Assembly (NCBI GenBank): GCA_013043985.1
Contig: JABEVJ010000261.1
Location: 1 to 34,278, forward strand
Direction of reading: 5' to 3'
Source of the DNA: Legionellales bacterium
GTDB lineage: Bacteria; Pseudomonadota; Gammaproteobacteria; UBA1113
DNA length: 34,278 nt
Shown here: positions 9,761-18,982 of the stretch, piece after piece
How positions within the stretch are numbered: the stretch's first letter is position 1
Layout of the letters: each line of letters starts with the position of its first letter
The notes under the pieces: generated by a model
Seen by the model: the letters and a program-made list of their open reading frames with translations, nothing else
Told to the model about the DNA's origin: nothing
Database searches by the model: none
Position numbers and translations under genes: made by a program

Positions 9761-11206
9761 ATGGAGCTGTCTATGTTAAACCCCTTTTACCCCAGCAAAA
9801 AATTGAATGAATTCATCATTGCTTACGTCAATACAAAAAATGAGGTAGAAAAAAACAAATTATGGGATGAAATCAATACTCCACTAATTGAGGACATTCC
9901 CGATGACCGTACGCATCAATACGTCACATTTCTTTATCGCTTTGAAGATATAAATTCTGCAAAAACCCCGGTGACTTATCTGTATAGTAGCATTCTCGAA
10001 CTACCGTTTTCAAAAGATAGCCAATTTATCCCCATCCCTGAAACCGATATAGGCTATTTAACCCTGAAATTGCCGAATACACTGCGAGCAGCTTACAATA
10101 TTGTGACGGTGGATATTGATTTACCGGGTGACGAGGCTCTTGACGCTATCAGCCCCATTGGGCAATCACCAATATTACCGAAATTTACAGGTGAAGTGAA
10201 TAAAGCCAATGCAAAACTTATGTTTTTGTACGAAGCCAAAAAATTGGGACTTGACCCTAAAAATAAATTAAAAGCCTATGATATCAATGGTGCTGATGAG
10301 TATATTGAAATGGAGTCTGTTTTTGAACTATCGATGGCACCAAAAGATAATTTTTCTCCTTCCACCATCGAGCAAGTCAAAGCAGAACGTGATTTATTGC
10401 GAAAAAATGGCCGTTTTATAGAATGCGATCTTGATTTTTCAGATACCTGCCTGAAAAACCTGGATGATTATAAAAATGAAAACTCAGATTCGCTTACAAA
10501 ATCCACCCGAAAATATTGGATTTACCTACCGCCTGAGTATGAAAAAGCGACTGAAGCAGAATACCCTTTTATCCTTTTTCTGGATGGAAGCTCCTATTTA
10601 AATGCCATTCCGGCTCCTTCTATTCTGGAGCGAATGATGACAGAGAAAATGATTCCACCCACTATTGCCGTTTTTTTTGAATATTCAATGACTGATCGTT
10701 TTAGCGAATATTATTGCCATGATCAATTTACTGAATTTTTGGCCAATGAATTTGTACCCTTGTTACGCCATAAAAAGCACCTAAAAATAGCCAACAGCCC
10801 CGCATTATCAACGATTGTCGGTTTGAGTGCCAGTGGATTGGCTGCCTTTTATGCAGGGCTTCGTTACCCCACTCTATTTGGAAATGTGATCGCACAATCC
10901 GCTTCTTTTTGGGCAAAAAAACAAACTGAACTTGAGGACATAATTTTTGAAAATAGCCTCAAAATTAACGCCTCTTTCTTTAACCTTGAGGCAGGCTCCT
11001 ATGAAAACACGCCTACGGAGTATCAATTTCCTGACGATGCAAAAGAAAACCTTTCTTTACTGCAAGCAGTTAAAAATGTACATAATTCTCTCAATAAACA
11101 AGGTATTCCGGTTGTCTTCCATGAATTTGTGGGTGGGCATAATTACCTCTGCTGGAAGACGTCCTTATCCACACGATTAAAAGAGGTGTACCATCATAGG
11201 AAATGA
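9761..11206 (+). CDS. Alpha/beta-hydrolase esterase, enterochelin-esterase (Fes)-like architecture
   Basis: YWIYLPPEY...YPFILFLDG, and a nucleophile elbow GLSASG. There is a long N-terminal domain as in Fes-type esterases. An alternative start at 9773 has a better GGAG RBS. Confidence 0.65.
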   Translation: MELSMLNPFYPSKKLNEFIIAYVNTKNEVEKNKLWDEINTPLIEDIPDDRTHQYVTFLYRFEDINSAKTPVTYLYSSILELPFSKDSQFIPIPETDIGYLTLKLPNTLRAAYNIVTVDIDLPGDEALDAISPIGQSPILPKFTGEVNKANAKLMFLYEAKKLGLDPKNKLKAYDINGADEYIEMESVFELSMAPKDNFSPSTIEQVKAERDLLRKNGRFIECDLDFSDTCLKNLDDYKNENSDSLTKSTRKYWIYLPPEYEKATEAEYPFILFLDGSSYLNAIPAPSILERMMTEKMIPPTIAVFFEYSMTDRFSEYYCHDQFTEFLANEFVPLLRHKKHLKIANSPALSTIVGLSASGLAAFYAGLRYPTLFGNVIAQSASFWAKKQTELEDIIFENSLKINASFFNLEAGSYENTPTEYQFPDDAKENLSLLQAVKNVHNSLNKQGIPVVFHEFVGGHNYLCWKTSLSTRLKEVYHHRK

Positions 11207-11219
11207 CGAAATAAACCCA

Positions 11220-11531
11220 TTAAACTTTCAGATTAAATCCGGTTAATCCCTCATATCCCCCTTCGGCAATACGGATGATTTCCTCTTTAGCAGGGTGTGT
11301 TACCGCATCATGGAAGAAAGTATCCAGTGTGGCTTCATTTTCAAAATCAATGAAAAAAACATGGGTAAATCGCCTGTTTGCGCTTTCTTCGTGAAACTCG
11401 CATTCGCCGCCCAAAAAACTGATAATTCCGGGTAATTTGTTTTTAAGCGCAATAAAATGAGCGATTGCCATTTCTATGGCCTGCTTGGTGACACTGGGCT
11501 TTACTTTGAATAGGATGGTGTGTCTTATCAT
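11220..11531 (-). CDS. Dabb (stress-responsive alpha/beta-barrel) domain protein
   Basis: MIRHTILFKVKP... spans 103 aa with the typical Dabb layout. It lies convergent with the esterase gene. Confidence 0.6.
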   Translation of the reverse strand: MIRHTILFKVKPSVTKQAIEMAIAHFIALKNKLPGIISFLGGECEFHEESANRRFTHVFFIDFENEATLDTFFHDAVTHPAKEEIIRIAEGGYEGLTGFNLKV

Positions 11532-11550
11532 GGTTGTTACCTCACGTTAA

Positions 11551-11736
11551 TTAATACAAACCGCACGGAGCGGGTCTGGGAGTAAGAATACGAAAACGCT
11601 GCGAAGGGTCAGGCAATGTATTTTCTCTTTCCTTTACCAATATTTTTGAACAACTCTCAATCGGCGCAGGTTGAAAAAAACAGTGACGATTTACTTCGTC
11701 CTCTCTGTAGTAACACATCTTTTTCATATCGCTCAT
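11551..11736 (-). CDS. Small hypothetical protein (61 aa), uncertain
   Basis: It sits 20 nt upstream of the Dabb gene and divergent from the LysR gene. No recognisable motif. Confidence 0.3.
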   Translation of the reverse strand: MSDMKKMCYYREDEVNRHCFFQPAPIESCSKILVKERENTLPDPSQRFRILTPRPAPCGLY

Positions 11737-11797
11737 ATACGGTTACCGCCTTTCGTTTCTCTTCCCCTTATTGTATATTAATTGTATAATGAATGAA

Positions 11798-11812
11798 ATT
11801 CATGCCATGAAT
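11798..11812. promoter_or_regulatory. Perfect 15-bp palindrome ATTCATG-C-CATGAAT containing a T-N11-A LysR-type box
   Basis: It lies in the 98-bp divergent intergenic region between 11736 and 11835. TATAAT at 11785-11790 lies just upstream on the + strand. Confidence 0.55.
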
Positions 11813-11834
11813 AATCATTATTGAGAAAATTCAT

Positions 11835-12746
11835 ATGTTAAATATCAACTTTAATCTTTTAAAGGCACTGGATGCGTTGCTTTCAGAGCAGAATGTATCA
11901 AAAGCAGGGGATAAAGTAGGTGTCACACAATCTGCTATGAGCGTTTCCTTGAATCAACTCAGAAAAATGTATCGCGATGATTTACTGGTCAGGGGCGTGC
12001 AGGGTCGTATGAGCCTGACTGTTTTTGCCGAAGCATTAAGGCAACCTGTTCAAGAGGCCATGCGTCAAATGGAAACCGTGTTTATTGCCCATACGCCTTT
12101 TGAGCCAATTCATAGTACCCGAACGTTTCATATTGGCATGTCGGATTATATTGCCTTTGTATTGTTACCCAACCTAATGAGAATAGTGGGCACTGTTGCG
12201 CCCAATATTAAGATTATGCAACATGCCGTCAACCACCTTGACAGCTTAAGGCCGTTTGAGGAAACCCAACTGGATGTGGTGTTGGGCGATTTTCGCTCTG
12301 TACCCAGCAGCTTGAAAACAACGCGTTTATTTACCGATGACAGTGTGATTGTAGCCGATAAAAAACATCCTGCCTTTGCCAAAAAGACATTCAGTGTCGA
12401 AAAAATGCTGACTTACCCGCAAGTGTTTGTTGCGCTGGAAAGCCAACCAGAGGACAATTTTATTGTTGAAATGCTCAAAAAAAACGGGCATAGCGTCAAA
12501 ATGAGTCTGATGACTCCTCATACTTTGATAGCATTGCAAACATTGCCTAACACCTTACTCATGACCAATACGGTCAAAAAACTGGCTGAACCTTTTCTTG
12601 AACCATTAGGGTTAGTGATGCGTGAAACACCCTATAAACTGCGAAATTACCATGCTAATATGTATTGGCATGCCAGAATGCAGAATGACCCGGCGCATAG
12701 CTGGTTACGGGAACTCATCAAAAATGCCACAGGTCGGCTGGAATGA
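11835..12746 (+). CDS. LysR-family transcriptional regulator
   Basis: N-terminal wHTH LLKALDALLSEQNVSKAGDKVGVTQSAMSVSLNQLR plus a substrate-binding-domain-sized C-terminus. Confidence 0.9.
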   Translation: MLNINFNLLKALDALLSEQNVSKAGDKVGVTQSAMSVSLNQLRKMYRDDLLVRGVQGRMSLTVFAEALRQPVQEAMRQMETVFIAHTPFEPIHSTRTFHIGMSDYIAFVLLPNLMRIVGTVAPNIKIMQHAVNHLDSLRPFEETQLDVVLGDFRSVPSSLKTTRLFTDDSVIVADKKHPAFAKKTFSVEKMLTYPQVFVALESQPEDNFIVEMLKKNGHSVKMSLMTPHTLIALQTLPNTLLMTNTVKKLAEPFLEPLGLVMRETPYKLRNYHANMYWHARMQNDPAHSWLRELIKNATGRLE

Positions 12747-12777
12747 ATAGCAGCTTACCTCTACGCGGATAATCAAA

Positions 12778-14619
12778 ATGACAAATGAAATTCAAATCGA
12801 TGTTGCTCTCGTGCAGCAACTGATCGTTGCGCAATTCCCACAGTGGGCTGATCTTCTCATCAAACCCGTTGAATTTGGTGGCTGTGACAATAGAACTTTC
12901 CGTCTGGGGCGTGAAATGTCGATAAGATTACCCAGTGCTGAAGAATATGTAAGGCAGGTGAAAAAAGAACAAGAATGGCTACCCAAGATCGCACCGCACT
13001 TACCACTTCCTATTCCGCAGCCTCTTGCCATGGGGATGCCTTCAGAAGACTATCCCTGGCATTGGTCAATATATAAATGGCTGGAGGGAGAGAGTGCAAA
13101 TAGTCTTGAGCTTGATGATGCATATTTGGAGATAATCGCGGTGCAGCTTTCGCAATTCTTGCGTGCGTTTCATCAATTTGATGCTGCTGGTGCTCCCGCT
13201 CCGGGGCTTCATAACTGGTGGCGAGCGGCTCATACATCTGTTTATGATGCCGAGACAAGGTCGCTTATCGAAACACTCAAAGATTTTATTGATGTTGATA
13301 ACGCAATATCCCTTTGGCAAAGAGCCATAAACTCTCAATGGGATAGCGAACCTGTGTGGGTTCATGGAGATGTTGCCAGCGGTAATCTCTTGGTGAAAGA
13401 TAATAGACTTGCTGCTGTTATTGACTTTGGTTGTATGGGAATTGGTGATCCAGCCTGTGACCTAACAATAGCCTGGACATTTTTTAGGGGTGAAAGTAGA
13501 AATATCTTTAAGGCAAATTTACATTTTGATGAGGAGACTTGGGCAAGGGCACGCGGCTGGGCGATGTGGAAGGCACTCTATGAGATTTCTGAACTTGAAG
13601 AGAAGAGTGGCACAGAACTAGCGAAGCAAATGCAGATTATTGATGCGGTTATCGAGGAGGATCGGGCTACTCGACGAGGTCATAGTAAGGACGATGATCA
13701 TCCGCTTGGCCTGCCAATCGAATATCAACAAATGCCTGAATATTTCGATGCAAGTAATGTTAATGAAGAGACTGAAGCTAAAAATGCGGTAATACATAGA
13801 CTGTTAAAAGAGCAAAAAGTTAGAACGGTTTTGGATATGACCTGTGGCACGGGCTCACAAGTGTTTTACCTTGTTGAGCGGGGATATGAAGTCATTGGTA
13901 ATGATTTCAGTCCTGCTTTAATTGATATAGCACGAGATAAAGCAAAAAAAATGAATCGTAATATTACTTTCATTAAGGGTGATATGCGTCATGTCAAAAT
14001 AGGCAAATTCGATGCAGTTATCAGTATTTTTAACGCCATTGGACACCTAACCAAAGCAGATTTTGAAGTTGCGGTAAAAAATATATGCGTTAATTTGAAA
14101 GATAACGGCGTATATATTTGGTTCTTCCGGAATTGCCGTGGTGCTTCAAATTCCCCTTCAGCTTTACTTTCGTTATCTATTTGAATTTGAATAACATTCG
14201 TTGAATCGGCATGGTCGTTTTCTGGACAAACCACGGCAATTCCGGAAGAGCCATATATTTTTGATATTTATAACCTACAGGCCATTACTGATGAAACTAT
14301 TGATGATTTTGTGACGAACGTTGAAAGCGTTGTTAATGGTGTCACTATCCATAGTATGCAACATTCTGAGATTGACAGAGAGAAAGGTCTTCTCATCTCT
14401 CATGATCAATATACGATTTTCAAAGATAGATGTGAGCCGGAAATGCACACCAATAGTTTCAGTCTGCAAATTTATACTGCTGAAGAATTACAGGCAATAC
14501 TGAGCGAAAACGAGTTTGAAATAGTCGGCCAATATGACATGGATGGAAATTGTTTTATTGCGGATAAGAGCCTTAATATTCTAACCGTAGCCAGGAAAAA
14601 AAAGCATGTTAAATGCTAA
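12778..14619 (+). pseudogene. APH-type kinase fused to a class I SAM methyltransferase, split by a 133-bp insertion
   Basis: APH motifs WVHGDVASGNLLV and VIDFGCMGIGDPACDL. Methyltransferase motif I VLDMTCGTGSQ. Removing 14120..14260 joins ...DNGVYI to FDIYNLQAITDE... in frame with ORF 14311..14619. Confidence 0.8.
14120..14252. mobile_element. MITE-like non-autonomous element with 22-bp terminal inverted repeats and an 8-bp target duplication
   Basis: Left IR GGTTCTTCCGGAATTGCCGTGG (14120-14141) matches right IR CCACGGCAATTCCGGAAGAGCC (14231-14252) at 21/22. The flanking direct repeat ATATATTT lies at 14112-14119 and 14253-14260. There is no internal ORF. Confidence 0.8.
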
Positions 14620-14648
14620 TAGAGGTCAAAAACTGAGAAAGAATAGAA

Positions 14649-15452
14649 ATGAGCAACTTTAAGCCTTACCTTGTCAAATGGCATCTCAAACCGGATGGCG
14701 AACCAATGACAATGCCCAGCAGTGAGCTGCTGCCCGTGCGTTATCAAGGCAAGCCTGCTATGTTGAAAATGGCTAACACAGAAGAGGAGCAAAGAGGCTT
14801 TGCGCTTTTATTGTTCAGGCAAGGGCTTGGTGCAGTGCCGATATTTGAGCATGAGGATAAGGTAATTTTAATGGAGCGGGCGATAGGAAACCGCTCGCTT
14901 GTCAGCATGGCAACAGAAGGGCAGGACAGCGAAGCCACGCGCATTATCTGTGAAGTGACGAATAAAATACATCAATTACAAATCAAGCCTTTTCCCTCTG
15001 AACTAGTACCTCTCAATATCTGGTTCAGGGCGTTGGAGCCGGTGGCAAAGCAGCGGGGCGGCTTATTTCAGAAAGCCCTGTTATTATCAAAGGAACTGTT
15101 AAATACGCCGCAGGAAGTCGCTGCCTTACACGGTGATATTCATCACGGCAATATTCTGGATTTTGGCGAGCATGGCTGGCGGATTATCGATCCAAAAGGA
15201 CTCGTGGGTGAACGCACATTTGATTTTGCGAATATTTTGTGCAATCCTACTCTTGAAATCGCTACCAAACTGCATCGATTGGAAGAGCAGGCATTGCTCA
15301 TCGCGCAGCTGGCAGAGGTTGATTATATCCGTTTATTGAAATGGGTGTTGGCGTATTCAGCACTGTCAGCCTCATGGCATCTTGAAGACGGCACGAATCC
15401 TGAGCTGGCACTCAGGGTCGCCACAATAGCTCATCAGCTGTTACGTCATTAA
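14649..15452 (+). CDS. APH(6)/StrB-like aminoglycoside (streptomycin-type) phosphotransferase
   Basis: LHGDIHHGNIL, IDPKGLVGERTFDFANIL and AYSALSASW parallel the StrB motifs LHGDLHHENI, IDPVGLVGE and AYGCLSAAW. Confidence 0.75.
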   Translation: MSNFKPYLVKWHLKPDGEPMTMPSSELLPVRYQGKPAMLKMANTEEEQRGFALLLFRQGLGAVPIFEHEDKVILMERAIGNRSLVSMATEGQDSEATRIICEVTNKIHQLQIKPFPSELVPLNIWFRALEPVAKQRGGLFQKALLLSKELLNTPQEVAALHGDIHHGNILDFGEHGWRIIDPKGLVGERTFDFANILCNPTLEIATKLHRLEEQALLIAQLAEVDYIRLLKWVLAYSALSASWHLEDGTNPELALRVATIAHQLLRH

Positions 15453-15477
15453 TGAACAGAGAAAGGTGATAAAAAAT

Positions 15478-16107
15478 ATGTCCATCTTATCCTGGTTAAC
15501 AGCCAAGTATTACGACAAAATCATGCAGGATGCCGAAACGAAAGGGCTGAAAGAGTGGCGAACGCAATTATTACGTCACGCCACGGGAACGGTACTGGAA
15601 ATTGGAGCGGGCACGGGAAGTAATCTTGAGTGTTATCCGCAGACGATAAAAAAACTGGTGCTGCTCGAACCTAGCCCGCACATGCGACAGCAATTAACGT
15701 TAAAATTATCAGCGAATAACGCATACCCTATTGAATTGTTGGACGGAAAAGCCGAATCTATTCCATTTCCAGATGCTACTTTCGATGCGATTGTTTGTAC
15801 ACTGGTTCTGTGCTCTGTCAAAAACATGGGCAAAGCACTCTCAGAACTGCATCGAGTGCTTGCTCCCGAAGGAAAATTGATTTTTATTGAGCATGTTGCT
15901 GCAGCCAAGCATACAACTCGATTCAAATGGCAAAAAATGGTTGAACCCGTCTGGAAAAGGATGGCATCAGGGTGTCATGTCACCCGTCAAACGGAAGCCG
16001 CGTTGGTTCAGGCAGGTTTCATGATTGAAGACATTGCTCGGCAAAGTATGCGCGGTGTTCCTTCTCTGGTTCGTCCTACCATCCGAGGGATTGCCATAAA
16101 ATGTTAA
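15478..16107 (+). CDS. Class I SAM-dependent methyltransferase (Methyltransf_11 type)
   Basis: Motif I VLEIGAGTGSN and post-I LVLLEPS. The ATG is at 15478; a GTG at 15466 is also possible. Confidence 0.75.
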   Translation: MSILSWLTAKYYDKIMQDAETKGLKEWRTQLLRHATGTVLEIGAGTGSNLECYPQTIKKLVLLEPSPHMRQQLTLKLSANNAYPIELLDGKAESIPFPDATFDAIVCTLVLCSVKNMGKALSELHRVLAPEGKLIFIEHVAAAKHTTRFKWQKMVEPVWKRMASGCHVTRQTEAALVQAGFMIEDIARQSMRGVPSLVRPTIRGIAIKC

Positions 16108-16129
16108 CCTTTAATATATTGCCAATCGT

Positions 16130-17302
16130 ATGCTTTTAGTCGCGGTCATTTTGATGGATCTCTTGGCGGGCATTGAGTTTGATTTATTCGTGCCGAGTTT
16201 TCCTGCCCTGCAAAGCCAGTTCGGTCTGTCGCCTTTTTGGGTAGAAGCGTTATTGTCAGTCAATTTCATCGGTTATTGTCTGAGTCTGTTTTTTGTGGGC
16301 GGGTTGGCCGATAGGTATGGACGTAAACCGATTATTTTGCTGGGGCTAGGCATGTTTACCCTCGGCAGTTTGCTTTGCCCCTGGGCGACGTCCTATTCCT
16401 TTCTTTTTATGGGGCGATTTCTTCAAGGGGTAGGTATTGCGGCTCCCGCGATCTTAAGTTTTTTAATCATTGCCGACGCCTATCCGCTTAAAAAACAGCA
16501 GTATTTGATGGCGATGCTCAATGGTTTAATGAATGTTTCTGTTGGTTTTGCCCCTGTGGTTGGCAGCTATGTCGCCCTGTATTTTCACTGGCAGGGCAAC
16601 TTTATGGCACTGCTGTTGTTAGGGGTACTGGTTTTGGTGATGACGGCCTGTTTTATTCCACACTATCCCTTGCCAGAAAAAAAAGAAACGCTCTCATGGC
16701 GTGGATATGTTCCACTCTTTCAATCAAAACCGTTGATGCTGTTGATGTCACATTTTGTGTTGATGTGCATTCCCTATTGGATTTTTGTGGGTATGTCGCC
16801 TTTACTGTACATGAAAAGCTTAAGGGTGAGTCTTGCTCATTTTGGGTATTATCAGGGCATACTGGCTTTGGTCTTTGGCCTGGGAAGTTTAGGTTTTGGC
16901 TTGATTATCCATCAGTTTGAACAGAAAAAAATACTCTATTTCGCCAGTCAAATCTTTATTGTCAGTTTGATCACCATTGGGTTCACGACGTTGTTCGACA
17001 GCCATAATCCACTCCTGATTACACTCGCCCTGCTTCCTTTTATTATCGGTCAGATTATTCCGTCTAATATTTTGTATCCTTTGTCCCTGAACATCCTGCC
17101 TGAGGCCAAAGGAAAAGTATCGGCGGTGATTCAAGGCTCTCGGCTTCTGTTGACAGCTCTTTCGCTTCAGCTGGCAGGTTATTTTTATAGTGGCTCCTTT
17201 CAATCGATTGGGGTGCTTATCCTCGGTTTTATTTTGATGGCACTGATGACGCTCTTTCTCGTCATCAAAAATCGTGAGTTGATGATGTTAATCAGCCGTT
17301 AA
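16130..17302 (+). CDS. MFS drug-efflux-type transporter (Bcr/CflA-like)
   Basis: About 12 predicted TM segments. MFS motif A GGLADRYGRKPIILLG. Confidence 0.8.
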   Translation: MLLVAVILMDLLAGIEFDLFVPSFPALQSQFGLSPFWVEALLSVNFIGYCLSLFFVGGLADRYGRKPIILLGLGMFTLGSLLCPWATSYSFLFMGRFLQGVGIAAPAILSFLIIADAYPLKKQQYLMAMLNGLMNVSVGFAPVVGSYVALYFHWQGNFMALLLLGVLVLVMTACFIPHYPLPEKKETLSWRGYVPLFQSKPLMLLMSHFVLMCIPYWIFVGMSPLLYMKSLRVSLAHFGYYQGILALVFGLGSLGFGLIIHQFEQKKILYFASQIFIVSLITIGFTTLFDSHNPLLITLALLPFIIGQIIPSNILYPLSLNILPEAKGKVSAVIQGSRLLLTALSLQLAGYFYSGSFQSIGVLILGFILMALMTLFLVIKNRELMMLISR

Positions 17303-17318
17303 AGAATAAACCCGCTCG

Positions 17319-17449
17319 TGTAGAAGCCTGTAGAAGGAAAAACACGGGTTGTAGAAAAAGGCATTGGCTCGTTTATTTTTATTTATTGTTATTTTTCATG
17401 CAGTTACAATAGCGAGGCAAATTTTGTAGAAGTTGTAGAAATGTAGAAA
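17319..17449 (+). repeat. Iteron-like cluster B: six copies of TGTAGAAG or TGTAGAAA
   Basis: Octamer starts at 17319, 17329, 17350, 17425, 17434 and 17442. An AT-rich spacer (17365-17400) lies between subclusters. It shares GTTACAATA (17403-17411) with the region upstream of cluster A (95-103). An 8-bp IR flanks it: aaacccgc at 17308-17315 and gcgggttt at 17459-17466. Confidence 0.8.
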
Positions 17450-17471
17450 GCCCCCTGTGCGGGTTTGGGTG

Positions 17472-18968
17472 TTATGTATGGGGGTTCACCAGTAAGGTGG
17501 TTTTATTATCCAGCCTGGACTCTTTGAGATAACCCCGCTCGAGTAACGTTTCAATGGCTTTCTTTCGTCTGGCTTTATCACGAATAGGGCAAAATTGATC
17601 AATATAGCGTGGCGTGGCCATTTCCAGTGCTTTTTCTTTCATCCACTGGATTAATCGGTTAGCATCACTGTGTTCCTGTTCGGGTTTGACGATGTTCAAC
17701 ATCCGTCTGGCTTCCACCAAATGCCAGTGCATGATATCGATGGCACGTTCAATGTTGTCAGTCTCGATATGGCCTGTTTTGCCTTCAAATAGATGAAAGA
17801 GTCCGGCGAGCCTGGCCACATTTTCCCCGGCTTTACTGACGAAATCAGGAATGCTGCCCCATTGATGCGGGTTTTTAAGCCCCCGTTCGAGTTCGTTGAA
17901 AAACATAATCCAACGGTGTTTGCCCTGTGGCGAAAATTGCAGGGTGGGTAAGTTATGACAACCGGACGCATCAAAAAACGTCGTTTCATCAAGGCAATCG
18001 GTCAGCCGTCGTTGAAAATCACTCAAGGCTTGCAGGGTCTGGGGTGGCTCTTGGTAGTAGCGTCCGCCCATGGCGGAGCTCGGGTAGGCCAAGAGGCAGC
18101 GAGCCATGAAACCACTCTGACGGCTGATGCCGTCATTTTTTGTGAGCATTTGTTGCAGAATGGCAGGTTGTAGCATCAGGCTCACGGTAAGACGGCGGTT
18201 GGCAATATGAAATGTACCGCTGGTTTTGCGGTGGGCAGAGAAGGGCTTGCCATCCCATAGACGGTTTAACATGGCAACAAAGCGTGTGGCACTCTGCTGC
18301 ATGCCTGGACTGCTGATGACAATCCCGCCCTCATCGCTCCAGAGTGAAGCACTTGGCCAACCTTTGGCAAGCTGTGAGACCATCGCCTCTTGGGTCGTAT
18401 CTTCAAAAAAGAGATGCGGCAGCACAGGAATTTCCGGCTCATCCAGCATCAGCTCGGTAAATTGGTCTTTCATCTCATCGATGTCATTTTTGCCTTCACA
18501 AGTCGCTCGGCGAATTTGGCCGAGTAAGCCTTCTTTTTCGGCAAACCATGCTTGATGCAGGGTTTTAGCCAGTTGTAATGAAGGTTGTAACTGCTCGCGT
18601 GCGCCTCTTTCCCAGGCGCGAATGGATTGACTTAAGGCATGATCGGCGGCACTTTTACGCTCGCCAGAGGCCGCGACCACCACAAAATACATGGATACCG
18701 GACTCACTAACAGGGTATCTCTGGCCACATTCGCCAGCGTTTGACAGGCAAGTGAAACCGCCGATAGAGCACTGCAGGCAATTAAAGGCAGGGGTTGCTG
18801 TCCGTATTGTTGATAAAGCTGAACGGCATGACCAATCAGGGGCGGCAAACTTTCCACCGGATAGGGTAGCGAGAGAGAGCTTTCTTCCATAAACGGAATG
18901 GGCTTAGGCCAATTAAGTTCAGTGATAATATCGTTTAATGATTCGGATGATAAAAGTGTTTTTTCCAT
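17472..18968 (-). CDS. DUF3987 (YfjI-like) protein, of the kind found in P4-type or plasmid replication modules
   Basis: 498 aa. The overall pattern matches the DUF3987 family, including a deviant P-loop-like AASGERKS. It starts 14 nt after the upstream GNAT toxin stop, so it is probably co-transcribed. Confidence 0.6.
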   Translation of the reverse strand: MEKTLLSSESLNDIITELNWPKPIPFMEESSLSLPYPVESLPPLIGHAVQLYQQYGQQPLPLIACSALSAVSLACQTLANVARDTLLVSPVSMYFVVVAASGERKSAADHALSQSIRAWERGAREQLQPSLQLAKTLHQAWFAEKEGLLGQIRRATCEGKNDIDEMKDQFTELMLDEPEIPVLPHLFFEDTTQEAMVSQLAKGWPSASLWSDEGGIVISSPGMQQSATRFVAMLNRLWDGKPFSAHRKTSGTFHIANRRLTVSLMLQPAILQQMLTKNDGISRQSGFMARCLLAYPSSAMGGRYYQEPPQTLQALSDFQRRLTDCLDETTFFDASGCHNLPTLQFSPQGKHRWIMFFNELERGLKNPHQWGSIPDFVSKAGENVARLAGLFHLFEGKTGHIETDNIERAIDIMHWHLVEARRMLNIVKPEQEHSDANRLIQWMKEKALEMATPRYIDQFCPIRDKARRKKAIETLLERGYLKESRLDNKTTLLVNPHT

Positions 18969-18982
18969 GATTTTCTTTCTAA

